Assembly (NCBI RefSeq): GCF_006345805.1
Contig: NC_043001.1
Location: 31,558,001-31,622,000, forward strand
DNA: 64,000 nt
Source: Octopus sinensis
Lineage: Eukaryota
Direction: 5' to 3'
Positions 51,625 to 64,000 of the stretch are shown here, in pieces. A program made the translations under genes and the position numbers. Numbering within the stretch: the stretch's first letter is position 1; each line of letters begins with the position of its first letter. The notes beneath the pieces are model-generated. The model worked only from the letters and a program-made list of their open reading frames with translations. It was not told the DNA's origin and made no database searches.

Positions 51625-51962
51625 CATACACATATGGGCACCTTGGGCAAGTGTCTTCTACTATAGCCTTGGGCCAACCAAAGCCTTGTGAGTGGATTTG
51701 GGAGATGGAAACTGAAAGAAGCCCATCGTATATATGTATATATATATGCTTGTGTGTCTGTGTTTGTCCCCCCAACATCGCTTGACAACCGATGCTGGTG
51801 TGTTTACGTCCCCGTAACTAAGCGGTACGGCAAAAGGACCGATAAAATAAGTACTAGGCTTACAAAGAATAAGTCCTGGGGTTGATTTGCTCGATCGACT
51901 AAAGGCGGTGCTCCAGCATGGTCACAGTCAAATGACTGAAACAAGTAAAAGAGTAAAGAGTA
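51625..51962 (+). mobile_element. SINE (family C), 5'-truncated, well preserved
   Basis: ggcaccttgggcaagtgtcttctactatagcc...aaggcggtgctccagcatggtcacagtcaaatgactgaaacaagtaaaagagtaaagag. Confidence 0.88.
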
Positions 51963-53053
51963 TATGAACCACGCAAACAGTAAAATAAGGTAGCATCAAG
52001 AATAAAATTTCATAAAATAAAATAAATGCCATGATTAGAGAACTGTAAATTCTCTGACATAGTTGTTTTGAAAAAAATAACTAACTGCAGGTTGTTTCAC
52101 ACCTATTTACTTTTCCAAGTTAATATTGCTGTTTTGTTTTTTTTCTCTTTTAAATCAATTGCTTTTGAAGTTAGGTGTCCTGTCTAACATTAAACTTAGA
52201 GTGCAGCCTGTTGTCAGCCAAGCAAGCAACTGAAATAAACAGAGTTATGTGCCTTGCTCATAGTAAACTCAATGGTTAATAATGACTGCTGTAGCAATCA
52301 ACAGGAGTGTCTGGTTTGGGTACATGTCAGTAACATGTTTGGTTGACAGACTTTTTCAGAATCAATAAAAAGCAATTAGGGTCTCAGACAAGACTAGCAT
52401 AGAATCCTTATGGTATATACTAATATTTGTATGCTTGTTATATTTTGACTACATACAGTATAGCTATTAAGAAAAAAAATCCTAAATCCTTAAGGTGGCC
52501 CCTTTCCTGTTTTATGGAAATATCATTCATCATCATTTAGTGTCTGCTTTCCAAACAATTTCATTTTACTACACTGAATCGATAAAATAATTAAATTCAG
52601 AATTATAGTTAACAGTATTTTAAAATAAAATAACTACATAAAATATAACTTGTATAAAATAATATTTTGAACAACAATTTTCAGAAGAAAAGAACAAATT
52701 ATACTTTTTTGGTGTGTATTTTTTTTTTGTTTTACCAAGTCTGTGTTGAGTAAAGGTCAGTTTTTCACAAAAATTGGCACCAGCCATCTACTGCAGTAAA
52801 ATGTAGAATACAAAAAGTGCCAATTTCTACTTTCATATAGTAACAAGTTGAAGTAAAGATAAACCACTTCATTTATAATCATTATTATTATTGTTATTAA
52901 TGTATTCAGGCAATGACCTTAATCAATATATTTGTTTTATTCACATGGTTGTTCTGTAGTACCCGGGAAATAGTGAAAATGGGTGCTAGGACTTGCAGAA
53001 AGATATTATTGTATGCAACTAAGGCCCACAAATAATAAGTTTATACATGTAGA

Positions 53054-53324
53054 TGTGGAGGTACGTGGCTTAGTGGTTAGAGTGTCAGCACTATGATCGC
53101 AAGATTGTGGTTTCGATTCCTGGACCGAGTAACGCGTGTTCTTGAGCAAAACACTTCATTTCACGTTGCTCCAGTTCACTCAGCTGGCAAAAATGAGTAA
53201 TGCCACGATGGACTGGCGTCCTGTCTAGCTGGGGAACACATACGCCATAGAAACCAGGAAACTGGGCCCATGAACCTGACTAGGCTTTAAAAGGGTGCTT
53301 TTATTATTATTATTATTATTATTA
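53054..53324 (+). mobile_element. Full-length tRNA-headed SINE (family A) with 13-bp TSD and (att)n tail
   Basis: ttatacatgtaga at 53041-53053 and 53325-53337; A/B-box-like head. Confidence 0.9.
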
Positions 53325-53889
53325 TTATACATGTAGACATTAAACCTTAGGCAAGTAGATATGCTTTTTCTTTTTTACCTGAGGTACCCAACCCAATGTT
53401 TGGAGGAAAGTACACAACTCACAGGTCTGGTGGTACCTTATCTAATTTACAATGGTGCTTCTTATTCAGAATGGCTTAATAAGAACAGAACCCTTTTCTA
53501 AAGAGAGAAGGATTTAGACCAGATAATTATTTCTGATAATTTTCTGAAATTAAAAAGAAAAAGAAACTTCAGTGCAGTGGAGGATCAATACTATAAAACA
53601 TGTAGACCTGTTTTCTGCTGTATGATATAATACTGGTTTCTTCTATAGGTTCATAGGTATAATAATTAAGATCTTTACAGGAAACGAAATAAGATGTGAT
53701 ATTCATACCTTCTTTAAAGGCATTAGTAACAATTAACAAGGAGTAGTTGAAATGAGGTTATGTTCTTAGTTCATTCACCAAGAACTGAGTGTGACAATAT
53801 GGCACGTGCTAATGAGAATACCAGAGCAAATTCTGTATTAGATCACACGGCAGACAGAGTGACTATGACTTTTTATTATTGTGTAACCT

Positions 53890-54180
53890 TTATTGACTGA
53901 GCAACCCTATGATATGTAGGTGGTACAGCATGAGGGTATTGGACTGAATACCTGACACTCCAGATATAGTATGTTCTCCTTTACTTGACAACTGCATTGA
54001 GCACTCTGATATGAAGTGGTTTATCATAATAGGAGCAGTATGACATTTGGAATATGCTGGGTTTCCTTCATTGTCAAGTCTGTTCCTGTATGTTTGAGTG
54101 TGAGAAATACCGTTTTTAATATGGTGTTGTAATAGTGTACTAGGATGATTAAGATTTATTTGAGAGAGATTGCCCAAAGC
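53890..54180 (-). mobile_element. Possible decayed I/Nimb-clade LINE C-terminus
   Basis: GISHTQTYRNRLDNEGNPAYSKCHTAPIMINHFISEC resembles RIGHT.LTH..L...PP.C..C...LTI.HIL.EC. Confidence 0.4.
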
Positions 54181-55959
54181 ATTGACAGCAGTGACTGTGC
54201 AGATTGGATTTTGTTGTGGCGATTCAGCAAACAGTACAGTTCACCTTATAAACAAACTACTGTAACCAATAAGTTCCTCTCTGTTCTGAATACAAATCAC
54301 TCTCAGATCAACTCCCTCGCAAAAAATTTTGCCCCGGAATTTGTCAAAACAAATCAACTGTGATTTCTTTCATTCTTAAGCAATAAATGAAGAAACAAAA
54401 AATTGTGAAAGGTGGGAGTTACAGGTGATAGATTCAATGCCATGCTAGTATATTACCAATGTGTATTATTATGGAAAGAAGAATTAAAAGTCAACCTAAG
54501 TGGGATCCAAATACTGAGCCCTAAGAAATGAAACCAAATACCATATAGAATTAAAGAATACATCCTTACTCATTCTAGCATGGAAGGCAGATGTTAAACA
54601 AAGATGATGATGATGATTTTGTACTTTACTGTTATGATTAGTTTCAGCACTCTTTTAACAGTCATAAAATGAAATAAATACATGCTGTTTTATACAGGCT
54701 GTTATAAATTCTTTTAAAATGTGAAACCTCACTAATAGTCTTAATTTCTGGTTCCAATGAATTCAGGAGGCAACAAATTAATAAAAATATAGTATAGTTT
54801 CATATATGTAATGCATTAACGTAGAAAGCTTTGATTAAATGAGATTAACCAAAGAACTAGTAGAAAAGAAAACCCCTCTGTGTTTACAAATCTAAAAACA
54901 AGAGTGATAATTGTAATAAGATCAGTCAAATGATTAAAATTTTCAACCCACTTTATTACATGATTTTGTTATAGAACAGAAATGGAAAATAGAATTAGCT
55001 TCCTCCTAGACATTGGAGAGTTCCTTACTTCCTTCGAAATGAATGTCAATAAGGTTAGTATGATTCTCGTGACATTATGCATTTCAGGACCAACTGAGGG
55101 AAGCAGTTCCATACAATTTAGTGTCTTACTGGAAGTTAAGAGTTAAGCACCTTTGGTCAACTAATTGCTTAACTGACTGCAGTTTTTCAACTATATTACA
55201 TATGAAAGAGTGTATTATATTTGTACTAAGTATGCAAACCGTTCCCCTGAGGTATTGTCCTTCAACCGTAGTGTTAATAAGTTAATATGTTCGCTGTCAA
55301 CGTATAAACTGAAGTAACATCTTTTTCTTTTAAAAAACTGAAATTACTGACAGCCATAGAACAAAGTTATTTTGAGATGACATCCATCATAAGAAGGCAC
55401 TAAGTTTGTTGTTTATTGAGATTTTAAAAATAAATAAAACAATCAAATTTTGAAGAAGAAAGACAAAAAAAACATAAACGAACAGAATTTCTTGTAACCA
55501 GGCAAGTAAATTATTATTTTTTTTTTGTTACAATGCTAAGTAAAGCTGTTGAAAAACAATCTAAAATACGTATTTTCTTCTCACCATCAAGTGCTATCAA
55601 GGCCAACTAAGTTGCTGGGAATCTGCAATGGCTTAAGTCAATCTATCTATCTTTAAAATTTATGGATATAATTGTAATTCTGAGAAATAATTAACTGAAG
55701 ATAGGTAAGGTTGATAATGTCAATAAAAAAACATATATATCTTATTTGTTAGCTACATGTTTGGTTTGGCATAAACAAAGTGATTACTATCCTATATCTA
55801 ACACCAAATATTTCAATTTATACAACAAATCATCACGGGAACTTCTGGACGGGTGTTCAATTTGGGTCAACAAACATCTAGATCTCCCTCACATTACACA
55901 CCATAATCTTAATAAGAGTACGGACACACTAGATAGTGTATTTCTAGATGCATTACTCT

Positions 55960-56220
55960 TGCTTCGTGTTGTGTTCTTGAGCAAGGCACTTTATTTCACG
56001 TTGCTCCAGTTCACTCAGCTGTAGAAATGAGTTGCGACATCACTGGTGCCAAGCTGTATCGACCTTTGTCTTTCCCTTGGATAACACTGGTGGCTGGTAT
56101 GCATGGCCGACTGCTGGTCTTCCATAAACAACCTTGCCCGGACTTGTGTCTAGGAGGGTAACTTTGTAGGTGCAATCCCATGGTCATTCATGACCGAAGG
56201 GGGTCTTTACCCTTTTACTC
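55960..56220 (+). mobile_element. SINE (family A variant), 5'-truncated
   Basis: tgttgtgttcttgagcaaggcactttatttcacgttgctccagttcactcagctg...gaagggggtctttacccttt. Confidence 0.82.
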
Positions 56221-56815
56221 TTGAAAAATTAGATGAGACAGCCATCGTTGGAACGACTTCATTATTTTAGTCTTTTTGTTCAGGATCAATCCAAAGCTAA
56301 AAACCAACAACATTTACTACAACAAACAGGATTTTGTTATTCAAGTATTTCTGAAATATTAAAACTTAATGTTAACTGATCAGAATATTGTGAAATTATA
56401 TAACAAAAAAAAAAAAAAAGAGAAGAAAGAAAAGCTTGCATTTTTTTGTTTTCCTGTAAAAAAACACTAATAGAAGATAACCAAAAAATTTTTTTTCTGA
56501 GCTAAGAAAAAGGCACTAATGAATTATATTTTCTCTCCCTCAGCAAATCTTCTTGAGACTGAGTTGTCATATTCGTGTATTTGACTTCTGCAATAACAAA
56601 GAGTAGGGGTGGTGAGCCAGTGCTAATGCAACTACTGTTGGGATAGAGTGTGATTTGCAATTTATCAAGTAATCCACAGATGCTGTACAATTATTTTTAA
56701 CTGTGTTTCTCTGACTTCATAATCCAATAGAACGGTTGTTGAAGTAAAGTTCTGAAAGGATATTTCAGTTTCTGAAGTTTGGCTTTACCACTGTAAAATC
56801 ACTTAAAATTGAAAC

Positions 56816-56962
56816 AAAAAAATCAAATCACAGAAAATATCATTTTTACTTGTGGCTAAAGTTGATCAAGCCAAATGATAATAATAATAAAAAAAATCAA
56901 AGCACAGAAAAAATAATTTTTACTTGTGGCTAAAGTTGATCAAGCCAAATGATAATAATAAT
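56816..56962. repeat. Direct tandem duplication, two ~73-bp units
   Basis: aatcaaa(t/g)cacagaaaa...tttttacttgtggctaaagttgatcaagccaaatgataataataat occurs twice. Confidence 0.92.
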
Positions 56963-56984
56963 AGTAATAATAATAATAATAAAT

Positions 56985-57568
56985 GCCCTGATGCAGTACC
57001 AGGCAGTGGCTCTCATGGCTTCTGATCTTAACTGATTGGAAGTGTTATCAAGTACATTGTTTTGTCTTGGTATAAAAGATGGGCTACAGCAAATATTCTG
57101 CTCAATACCACAGATTTGCTTGTCAGTTGTTTGACCGTAACCAGTTGAGCATGTCCCTTAGTGACTGACGATATGTGCATCTCTGATCATGAGCAGAAGT
57201 AGTGGAGGAGCATCATAGCCATGTGTTGAAAGGAATCCTTAGCGGTTTGGATAATTCACCTTTGGAAACATGAGTGTTTCGTTCAACATCCTCAAACAAC
57301 CTTTATTCAGGCACCTTTTGAGCAGGATGGGTTACTCGACCAGATGAAAATTCTAACTGGGCCTCACCTGCAAGGTCATGTGCTGTTTATATTGATATGA
57401 GATCACTATGTCGCACACATATGGTTGTGATGCATGTGCCTGGTGTACCCTTATGAGACGGGTAGTCGTGATGGGTATACTGGGCTTTGTATATTTTACC
57501 CCAGTGTCACTTTGATGGCATGCACTGCTCTCTCACTCAATAATAATAATAAAAATAATAACAATAAT
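56985..57568 (+). mobile_element. ~570-bp interspersed repeat inside (AAT)n; unclassified, possibly 5S-headed
   Basis: Sharp compositional borders with (aat)n on both sides; no ORF; see findings for the 5S resemblance. Confidence 0.55.
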
Positions 57569-57569
57569 A

Positions 57570-57895
57570 GTCCATTTTACTAAAGACACAAGGCCTGAAA
57601 TTCAGGGGAAGGGGACTAGTCGATTACATCGACCCCAGTGTTTCACTGGTACTTAATTTATCGACCCTGAAAGGATGAAAGGCAAAGTTGACCTTGGTGG
57701 AATAATAATATTCACTGGTACTTCTAAAGGCACAAGGCCTGAAATTTTGGGGGAGGTACTTAATTTATTAACACTAAAAGGATGAAAGGCAAAGTTGATC
57801 TTGGTGGAATTTGAAATTAGAACATTAAGATGGACGAAATGCCACTAAGTACCTCATCCAGCGTGCTAACGATTCTGGCAGCTCGCAGACTTAAT
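57570..57895 (-). mobile_element. Two overlapping or tandem family B SINE copies, reverse
   Basis: cacaaggcctgaaatt...ggatgaaaggcaaagttgaccttggtggaat occurs twice; ends gattctggcagctcgc. Confidence 0.8.
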
Positions 57896-58664
57896 AAATA
57901 ATAATAATAATAATAACGATAAATTAATTAAAACATGCTTCAGTTTCTAATTTTGCGTGTATGCCAAAGAGAAAAAAGGACTTAAATTCTTTGTACTTAC
58001 TAATATTTTATTCCAGTAACACTGGATTATATTCCATTTTTTAACAGCGTAGAAATCCTGAAAAATACAATTAGAAAAGGGAAAAGGAACCCTTTAAAAT
58101 AAAGAACAAAAAACATTTTATAACATTTAAAAGTAAACAATTCCTGGATATCAACATGTCAGTAGGTTTAATCCAGAAAGACTTTTCATAATAGATTCCT
58201 TACACTTTTATTTCTGTAATATAACAACATTTATCATCATTGTCATCCAGTGTCTTAAATCCAGGTTTTGTCCTCGTTAAAAGAGGTAGTCAGATCTACT
58301 TCAATGCCATAGCAACCTTTGGCTGGTTCATGAGGCATTTTTGGAGCAGAGTTTTCTATGGGGAGCATGCCCTTGCTTACCCCAACCTCAGTTTCTAGAC
58401 ATGAATAGTCCCAAGACCAAGGCCTTTACTATGATTTTTAAGAAATGTGGTGGAAAACTAGCCCAGGAAGGCAGTGACGCTACTCCCTGAGACCCTTTTG
58501 GAGGCCCACCCCTAACATTAGCATATTACTTCAGGTTAGGTGCTTTATATGTGAATGTATGTGTGTGCACTTATTTGTTTCAGTCATTGAACAGCAGTCA
58601 TACTGGGGCACCACCTTGAAGGGTTTTAGTTGAACATATCAATCTCAGTACTTATATTATTTGT

Positions 58665-58892
58665 TTAACCCTTTAGTGTTCAGGTTATTCTGTGAAATGT
58701 AATGCTTTTTTATTCAAATTGTTCTGAATTACTCATGCATTATCTTAAAGCTTTGAGGTTTCAATGATGTGATTGTTTATTTTCAGAATGTTAGTGTAGG
58801 TTAGGTGTGAGAGGTTAAATATGGCCAGTTTGAATGTAAAACATGTAATATATTTTAGCCGGATTTGGCCGGTTTAAATGCTCAAGGATTAA
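58665..58892 (-). mobile_element. TTAA-flanked MITE, reverse copy of 40168-40395
   Basis: ttaaccctttagtgttcag ... ggatttggccggtttaaatgctcaaggattaa. Confidence 0.75.
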
Positions 58893-59579
58893 ATCTGGTA
58901 CTTATTCTATTGGTCTCTTTTGCCAAACTGGGGGATGTAAACAACTCACTACAAAGACATATATATACACATACATACATAGAGAGAACAAGAGAAAAAT
59001 TATAAGCTTCCTTAATTTTTTTTTTCACTGAAAGTCCCTCCGAATAGAGTGGCAAGAAACCAACACTAAAACAGGCTTCAAGCAACCAGTTGGCAGTTAT
59101 AAAAGGAAAGAAATAGAAATTTAATGAGAAGGTGTCTCTAAGGATCATAAAATGATCAGTGCAAAACTAAGAAGAATTGAGATTGTATTTATATATATCT
59201 GTCTTATGGAACAGAGTTCCATAAGACAGATGGTCAAGGAAAGAAGCTGCTAGATTACAAACAAGTTTTACAGGTGTGTGTGTGTGTGTGTGGAGCGACA
59301 ATAACACGGAAAGGATGAGAATTAGTAGAAACACAAGCCATTTGATTAGTAACCTTAGGAGGTACAAGAAATTTTGTCAGAACAATGACTATGGAAGTAT
59401 TTATAGAATAGAGATGAAGAAGCATTGTCCTGGTGATGAGAGAGGGGTTAAAGTTTAGCTGCCAAAACAAGTCCAATGTTAGGAACTCTCTTGAATTCAA
59501 TTAATGAAAGAGAGAAAACAATCAAATATCCATTTGTAAAATCGTATTCTATATAAGAGACTTTAAAAATGAAGAATGG

Positions 59580-59785
59580 TGCTACGTAAAGAGTACTGGT
59601 GTTGGTGCTATGTAAAAAGCACTCAGTACACTCTGTAAAGTTGTTGGCATTAGAAAGGGGCATCCAGCTGTAGAGAACAAGTCAGAACAGACAATAGAGC
59701 CTGATGTGGTCCCCTGGCCTTATCAGCTCCTGTCAAACCATCCAGCCTGTTCCAGCATGGAAAATGGATGATGATGATGATAGCA
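59580..59785 (+). mobile_element. SINE 3' portion (family D)
   Basis: aaaagcactcagtacactctgtaaagttgttggcattagaaaggggcatccagctg...ccagcatggaaaatggatgatgatgatga. Confidence 0.8.
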
Positions 59786-61816
59786 AGCTCAGTAGAGAGA
59801 TGCAACTTCATTGTAATATAATCATTCTAGGTGAGTTCTTTAGAAAAAAGTTAAATCTAAAAGACAAAGACTGGGAGATTTTTAAGGGATGAGGATGCTA
59901 GAGTGTAAGATATTCAAATTATTTTCAATTTGTGAGATGAGAGAAAGAAGTGCACAGAATGAATAAGAAGTTTGTTTTGTCATCAAGGGGTCCTGTCTTT
60001 TAACTGAGGTTTTGTTCAATGCAAGTCTCTTGAGAGCAATTTAATAGATGGGAACTGTATCAAAACCCATAGAGTGGAGTGTACCTGTATTTCAAAGGTC
60101 TAAACTTGTCATGTATGTCATGATGATTTGGCCTGAGAATTACGTCAAGGGTACACATTTCTGTAGAAAACTCAGCTGTTTACATCTTAATTTAATGTAT
60201 AGAGGCCCCACTCCTCTCTCTTGCTGCATTATATAAGTAGGAATGGCTAAATACAACCTTAGTAGTTAACTAAGCTAACCAGAAGCTTACCTCTACACTC
60301 TGATGTTTATTGAAATTATTATTATTGATACAGAACGATTGGTGAAATAAGTTTACAACTTGCTTTTGATTTATAGCTGTAATGAATTGTCCAAGTTTTA
60401 TGTAGCTGTGTGTCTTCATGGTTTAGATGTTGAGCTCACAATTAAGGTTATAAGTTCAATTCCTGGACTGAATGATGCATTGCATTCTTCAGTTCATGTT
60501 GCTTCAGTCAACTCAGCTGAAAATGAGTACTAACCCAGTGCATGTGTAGCCCTTTCTCCCTCCAACTATCACACCTGGGATGTTCCACTGGATTCAAAGG
60601 TGGCAGGGATGTATAGGTGTCTATGCTTGGAAGTACATACACATTCTAAAATAATCTCACTTACAAGCTACTGCAAATGCATTCACACTACAGCCTCTCA
60701 ATTCTTCACTGTAAAAACCTTGATTTTTATATTTATAAATATTGGTTAATTTACGCACTAACGAAGAATAAAACTAATTCAGTAGAGACAATAGTTTAAA
60801 TTAGTCTTATATCTGTTTTTGTTGAAATCAAATTTTATTAAATGACATAGTAAGCTGAAGAGCATTTTCACAGGATGTAATTTTTCGAAAATGAACATCG
60901 TTTTTTTGTGCTACCTTCTTTTTTCCTTATTTTAATGTTAACATAGATAGCAGAGCAGTTTTGAAAGTTTAGATAATTATACATGAAGTATTGGAGAAAA
61001 ATGCTATTTATATTTCACAGAGACAGATGCTAACCATTCATCATTATGTGATAGTGATGTCTGTTTCCATTATACAAGTATGAGATAAGTAGACTAACAT
61101 ATCTTGTGATTGGCACAACATTACAACTAGAGCAGGATTTGAAATGAATATTTCACTGAGGAGTTCAACATTATGGTTTTTCAACCCTTGTGCCTTTATC
61201 TTTTAATACAGTAATTTTAGCTTGGCAAACCTTATATTAACTATACCAACTTCTATCATCTACCATTCATTAGATCCAATACAGTTCCTAAATGCTATAG
61301 TTGATGTTTTTTTCTCTTTAGAGACAATTTTACTCACCTACTAAAAAAAATGAAGGTTGTGTTCACAGAAATAAGCAAGACCAAGAATTAATTGTATTTT
61401 ACAAAATAATTATTTATAACTGAATAAAAAGGGAATCACCATGGAACTTTGTATAGATTGAGGAAAATGATGCAGTTGATGTTAATCTTGAACATCTATC
61501 TGTAGAATAAGTAGGATAAGTGGGAAGAAAGTAATTCTAGGGAGGATTGATTGGGATATGCCAAGAATCCCACATGGTGTTTGGAAGAGTGGAACAATAA
61601 GGATGACAAAAGGAGATACAATAGGTAAGTACACTGGGTGTGTCTGACAAGAATTGGTACACAGCCTGTCAGTTAAGAGGAGCAGAAACTACTGTAGGCT
61701 CGATTGAAAAGGAGTAAAGAAGAAATAGTGCACATATGAGGAAGTCTTTGTTAACCAAAAGGACAGACTTCATTTAGATACATTTGAGATAATTGTGTGT
61801 ATGTGTGTAATGGAGA

Positions 61817-61817
61817 G

Positions 61818-61848
<31 letters not shown>

Positions 61849-61863
61849 GATAGAAAGATAGAT

Positions 61864-61897
<34 letters not shown>
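61817..61897. repeat. Compound (ATAG)n-(GA)n microsatellite
   Basis: Direct reading. Confidence 0.95.
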
Positions 61898-61898
<1 letters not shown>

Positions 61899-64000
61899 TG
61901 TTCCAAATTTGTGAATAATACATATAGGCCATACTTGAGCATTCTAGAGAGTCAGCAATGATCAAGTTAAAGTGTGTGTCAGTTTGGTAAAGTGCAAAAT
62001 CAGTTTGACACTTTAACAAATCAATGTGAATAATTACTTTACTAAATAGATGCTTAGTTAAACTGGCAAAGTGCATTTGGAAACACGAATCTCCGACATA
62101 ATATAAAAATACAAACCAATCAGAATGGCAGTCATTTGTCTTCTTTCTATAGAAAGTAAATTGGAACTGCTGAGGTCATATGCTGAATAAGGTATCACCT
62201 TGTAGTTATTTTCCCATTAACTAGAGATGGACAGAGCAGTAATCAGATCATCTCACAGGTAGGCTACTAATTCTACTTTAGCTGAATTTTTAACTAATAT
62301 AAAAATGTTGTTGTAACATTCAACATCACTTAGCTCATTCATCAACGGTGGACCTACAGCAGAGCATGAGAGTATCTGTACATTTGCCAGAACCAACATT
62401 TTTTTTTCTTGTTAAAAGACTTTACAGAATACAACTCTGTTGTAATGGTAAGTCTCTGACAATTCTTTTCAAGATAAATTTAGTTATAAGTTGATTGTAT
62501 TCAGAAAGGTGATAATGTACATACAATACAGAGGCAAGAGTAAGATGTATGTAAATGGCAAGGAAAGGCTTACTAAAAAAGTGGACTAAAATGATGGTAA
62601 CAAGCATGTATGTATAGATGTGCATAGAGAATAGAGGCAAAGCATCGTAAATAGAAAATATAAAAAAAAAACGCCATGTCGAAGAAGTATCAAAAAAGCA
62701 CCATTAAAGACATGTGTAACTTAGAAAATGATAATTAATTTCTCGAAGAAAGGTCTGAAATATGTAACAGTAATAAGTTAAGTTTTAGGTGGGTATCAAG
62801 AAATATTTTAATAAAGAACTAACCTTCAGATGCCATCAGAATAATTAATTTAAAGCAAACAAAGTATGCAAATATAGGTATCTGTGAATAGCATCTTAAG
62901 TAAAACAGACTCAAAGTAAACAAGAAGCAACAACAATAACCAGAAACATTCTATAATTTAAATGAGCTTATTTCTCATCTTTAGGCCTCTGTTGGTGAGG
63001 GTTAACTGTGCATGTATGCTTGAAAAGTTCTTTAATACAATGCAAACTTAGGCAAGGATTTTTTTTTCATAGAAGACCAACAATTACCCATGCAGCAAGT
63101 TTCCCTTCTCTATGCATTGATATTGTCCAAGAGAAAAGCAGTTTGACATCCATGTTGTCACAATCAAACTTAGAAATGCAAAGAGGCTGGATGAATGCTG
63201 ATAGGTATTGTACCCAATGCTCTTACAATTTAGTCAACCCATTGCCACGAACTGGTACTTTATTTTATCAACCCTAGAAAGATGAAAAGCAAAGCTGACT
63301 CCAGCAAGATTTGAGCTCATAATGTAAAGAGCAATAACAAACACCATAAAGAATTTTGGCCCAGCTACTATGTTTATACTTTGTGATATACATTAAGCTA
63401 GCTCCATGCATGAAATAACAGACATACAGTATAATTGAATATTTAGACATATCCACAAGAAATGGCTTAGTTTTTCATGACTTTTAGGTAAAAGAAATTA
63501 CAAGTACTAAGTATTTAATAGATTTGGGAGAGATGGAAAGGTAAATTCACCTTGGTAGTAATTAAAACTCAGAATTGCATGTTATCAATCAGACTGTATT
63601 TTTGTAAACTATGAAACCACAGTATTATGAAGATGGTATACTGGGTTGAGAGGAACCTTATTGCTTTCTAGCTAAGAATGTTCTCTCTGCATTAGACATA
63701 TTATTAAGAAACTCGAGGCTTGCTTGAAACAGGTTTATTTCAAACACTGAAGTGAATAGAGATCTGAAAGATTTGTTAACAAAATTATATATTGTGTATT
63801 AAATATAAGCTTGCTAATTTCCAACACATAATTTGTGAAAGTCAAATCAAGTCTTGGTACCTTGTAACACAGTTTTACACCACCGCTTTTACTATAATAT
63901 GTATTTAGTAGATTTGTAGATAGAATTCAAATTCAGTCACCTCAAATGCGAATTTTAAGTTGAGTCAATGACTAGATTTGTATTAAACCTTGTAGCAGTG

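Overview
AT-rich, microsatellite-rich eukaryotic DNA. The repeat repertoire (tRNA-headed SINEs with RTE-type tails, RTE/BovB, CR1, Tx1 and mariner relics) looks like a coleoid cephalopod, most likely Octopus; this is pattern recognition, not a database result. I recognise no complete protein-coding gene, and no real tRNA, rRNA or CRISPR array. Almost all ORF-track entries are microsatellite or SINE artefacts or pieces of dead transposons. The window reads as intronic/intergenic DNA with two CpG-retaining, promoter-like islands (~10.1-14.5 kb and ~33.8-39 kb), each carrying candidate first exons with canonical splice sites; these exon models are speculative. The most unusual observations are: (1) a Penelope-type repeat with a minimal type-I hammerhead ribozyme motif whose core carries a G12A change; (2) a ~570-bp repeat embedded in (AAT)n whose first ~105 nt resemble a degenerate 5S rRNA (possible SINE3-like element); (3) a mariner derivative built from two inverted copies of the left end; (4) a clean TSD-bounded BovB-like RTE 3' insertion; (5) recurrent head-to-tail SINE dimers, one inside a single 15-bp TSD. 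Repeat boundaries without a TSD or TIR are approximate (about +/-20 bp).
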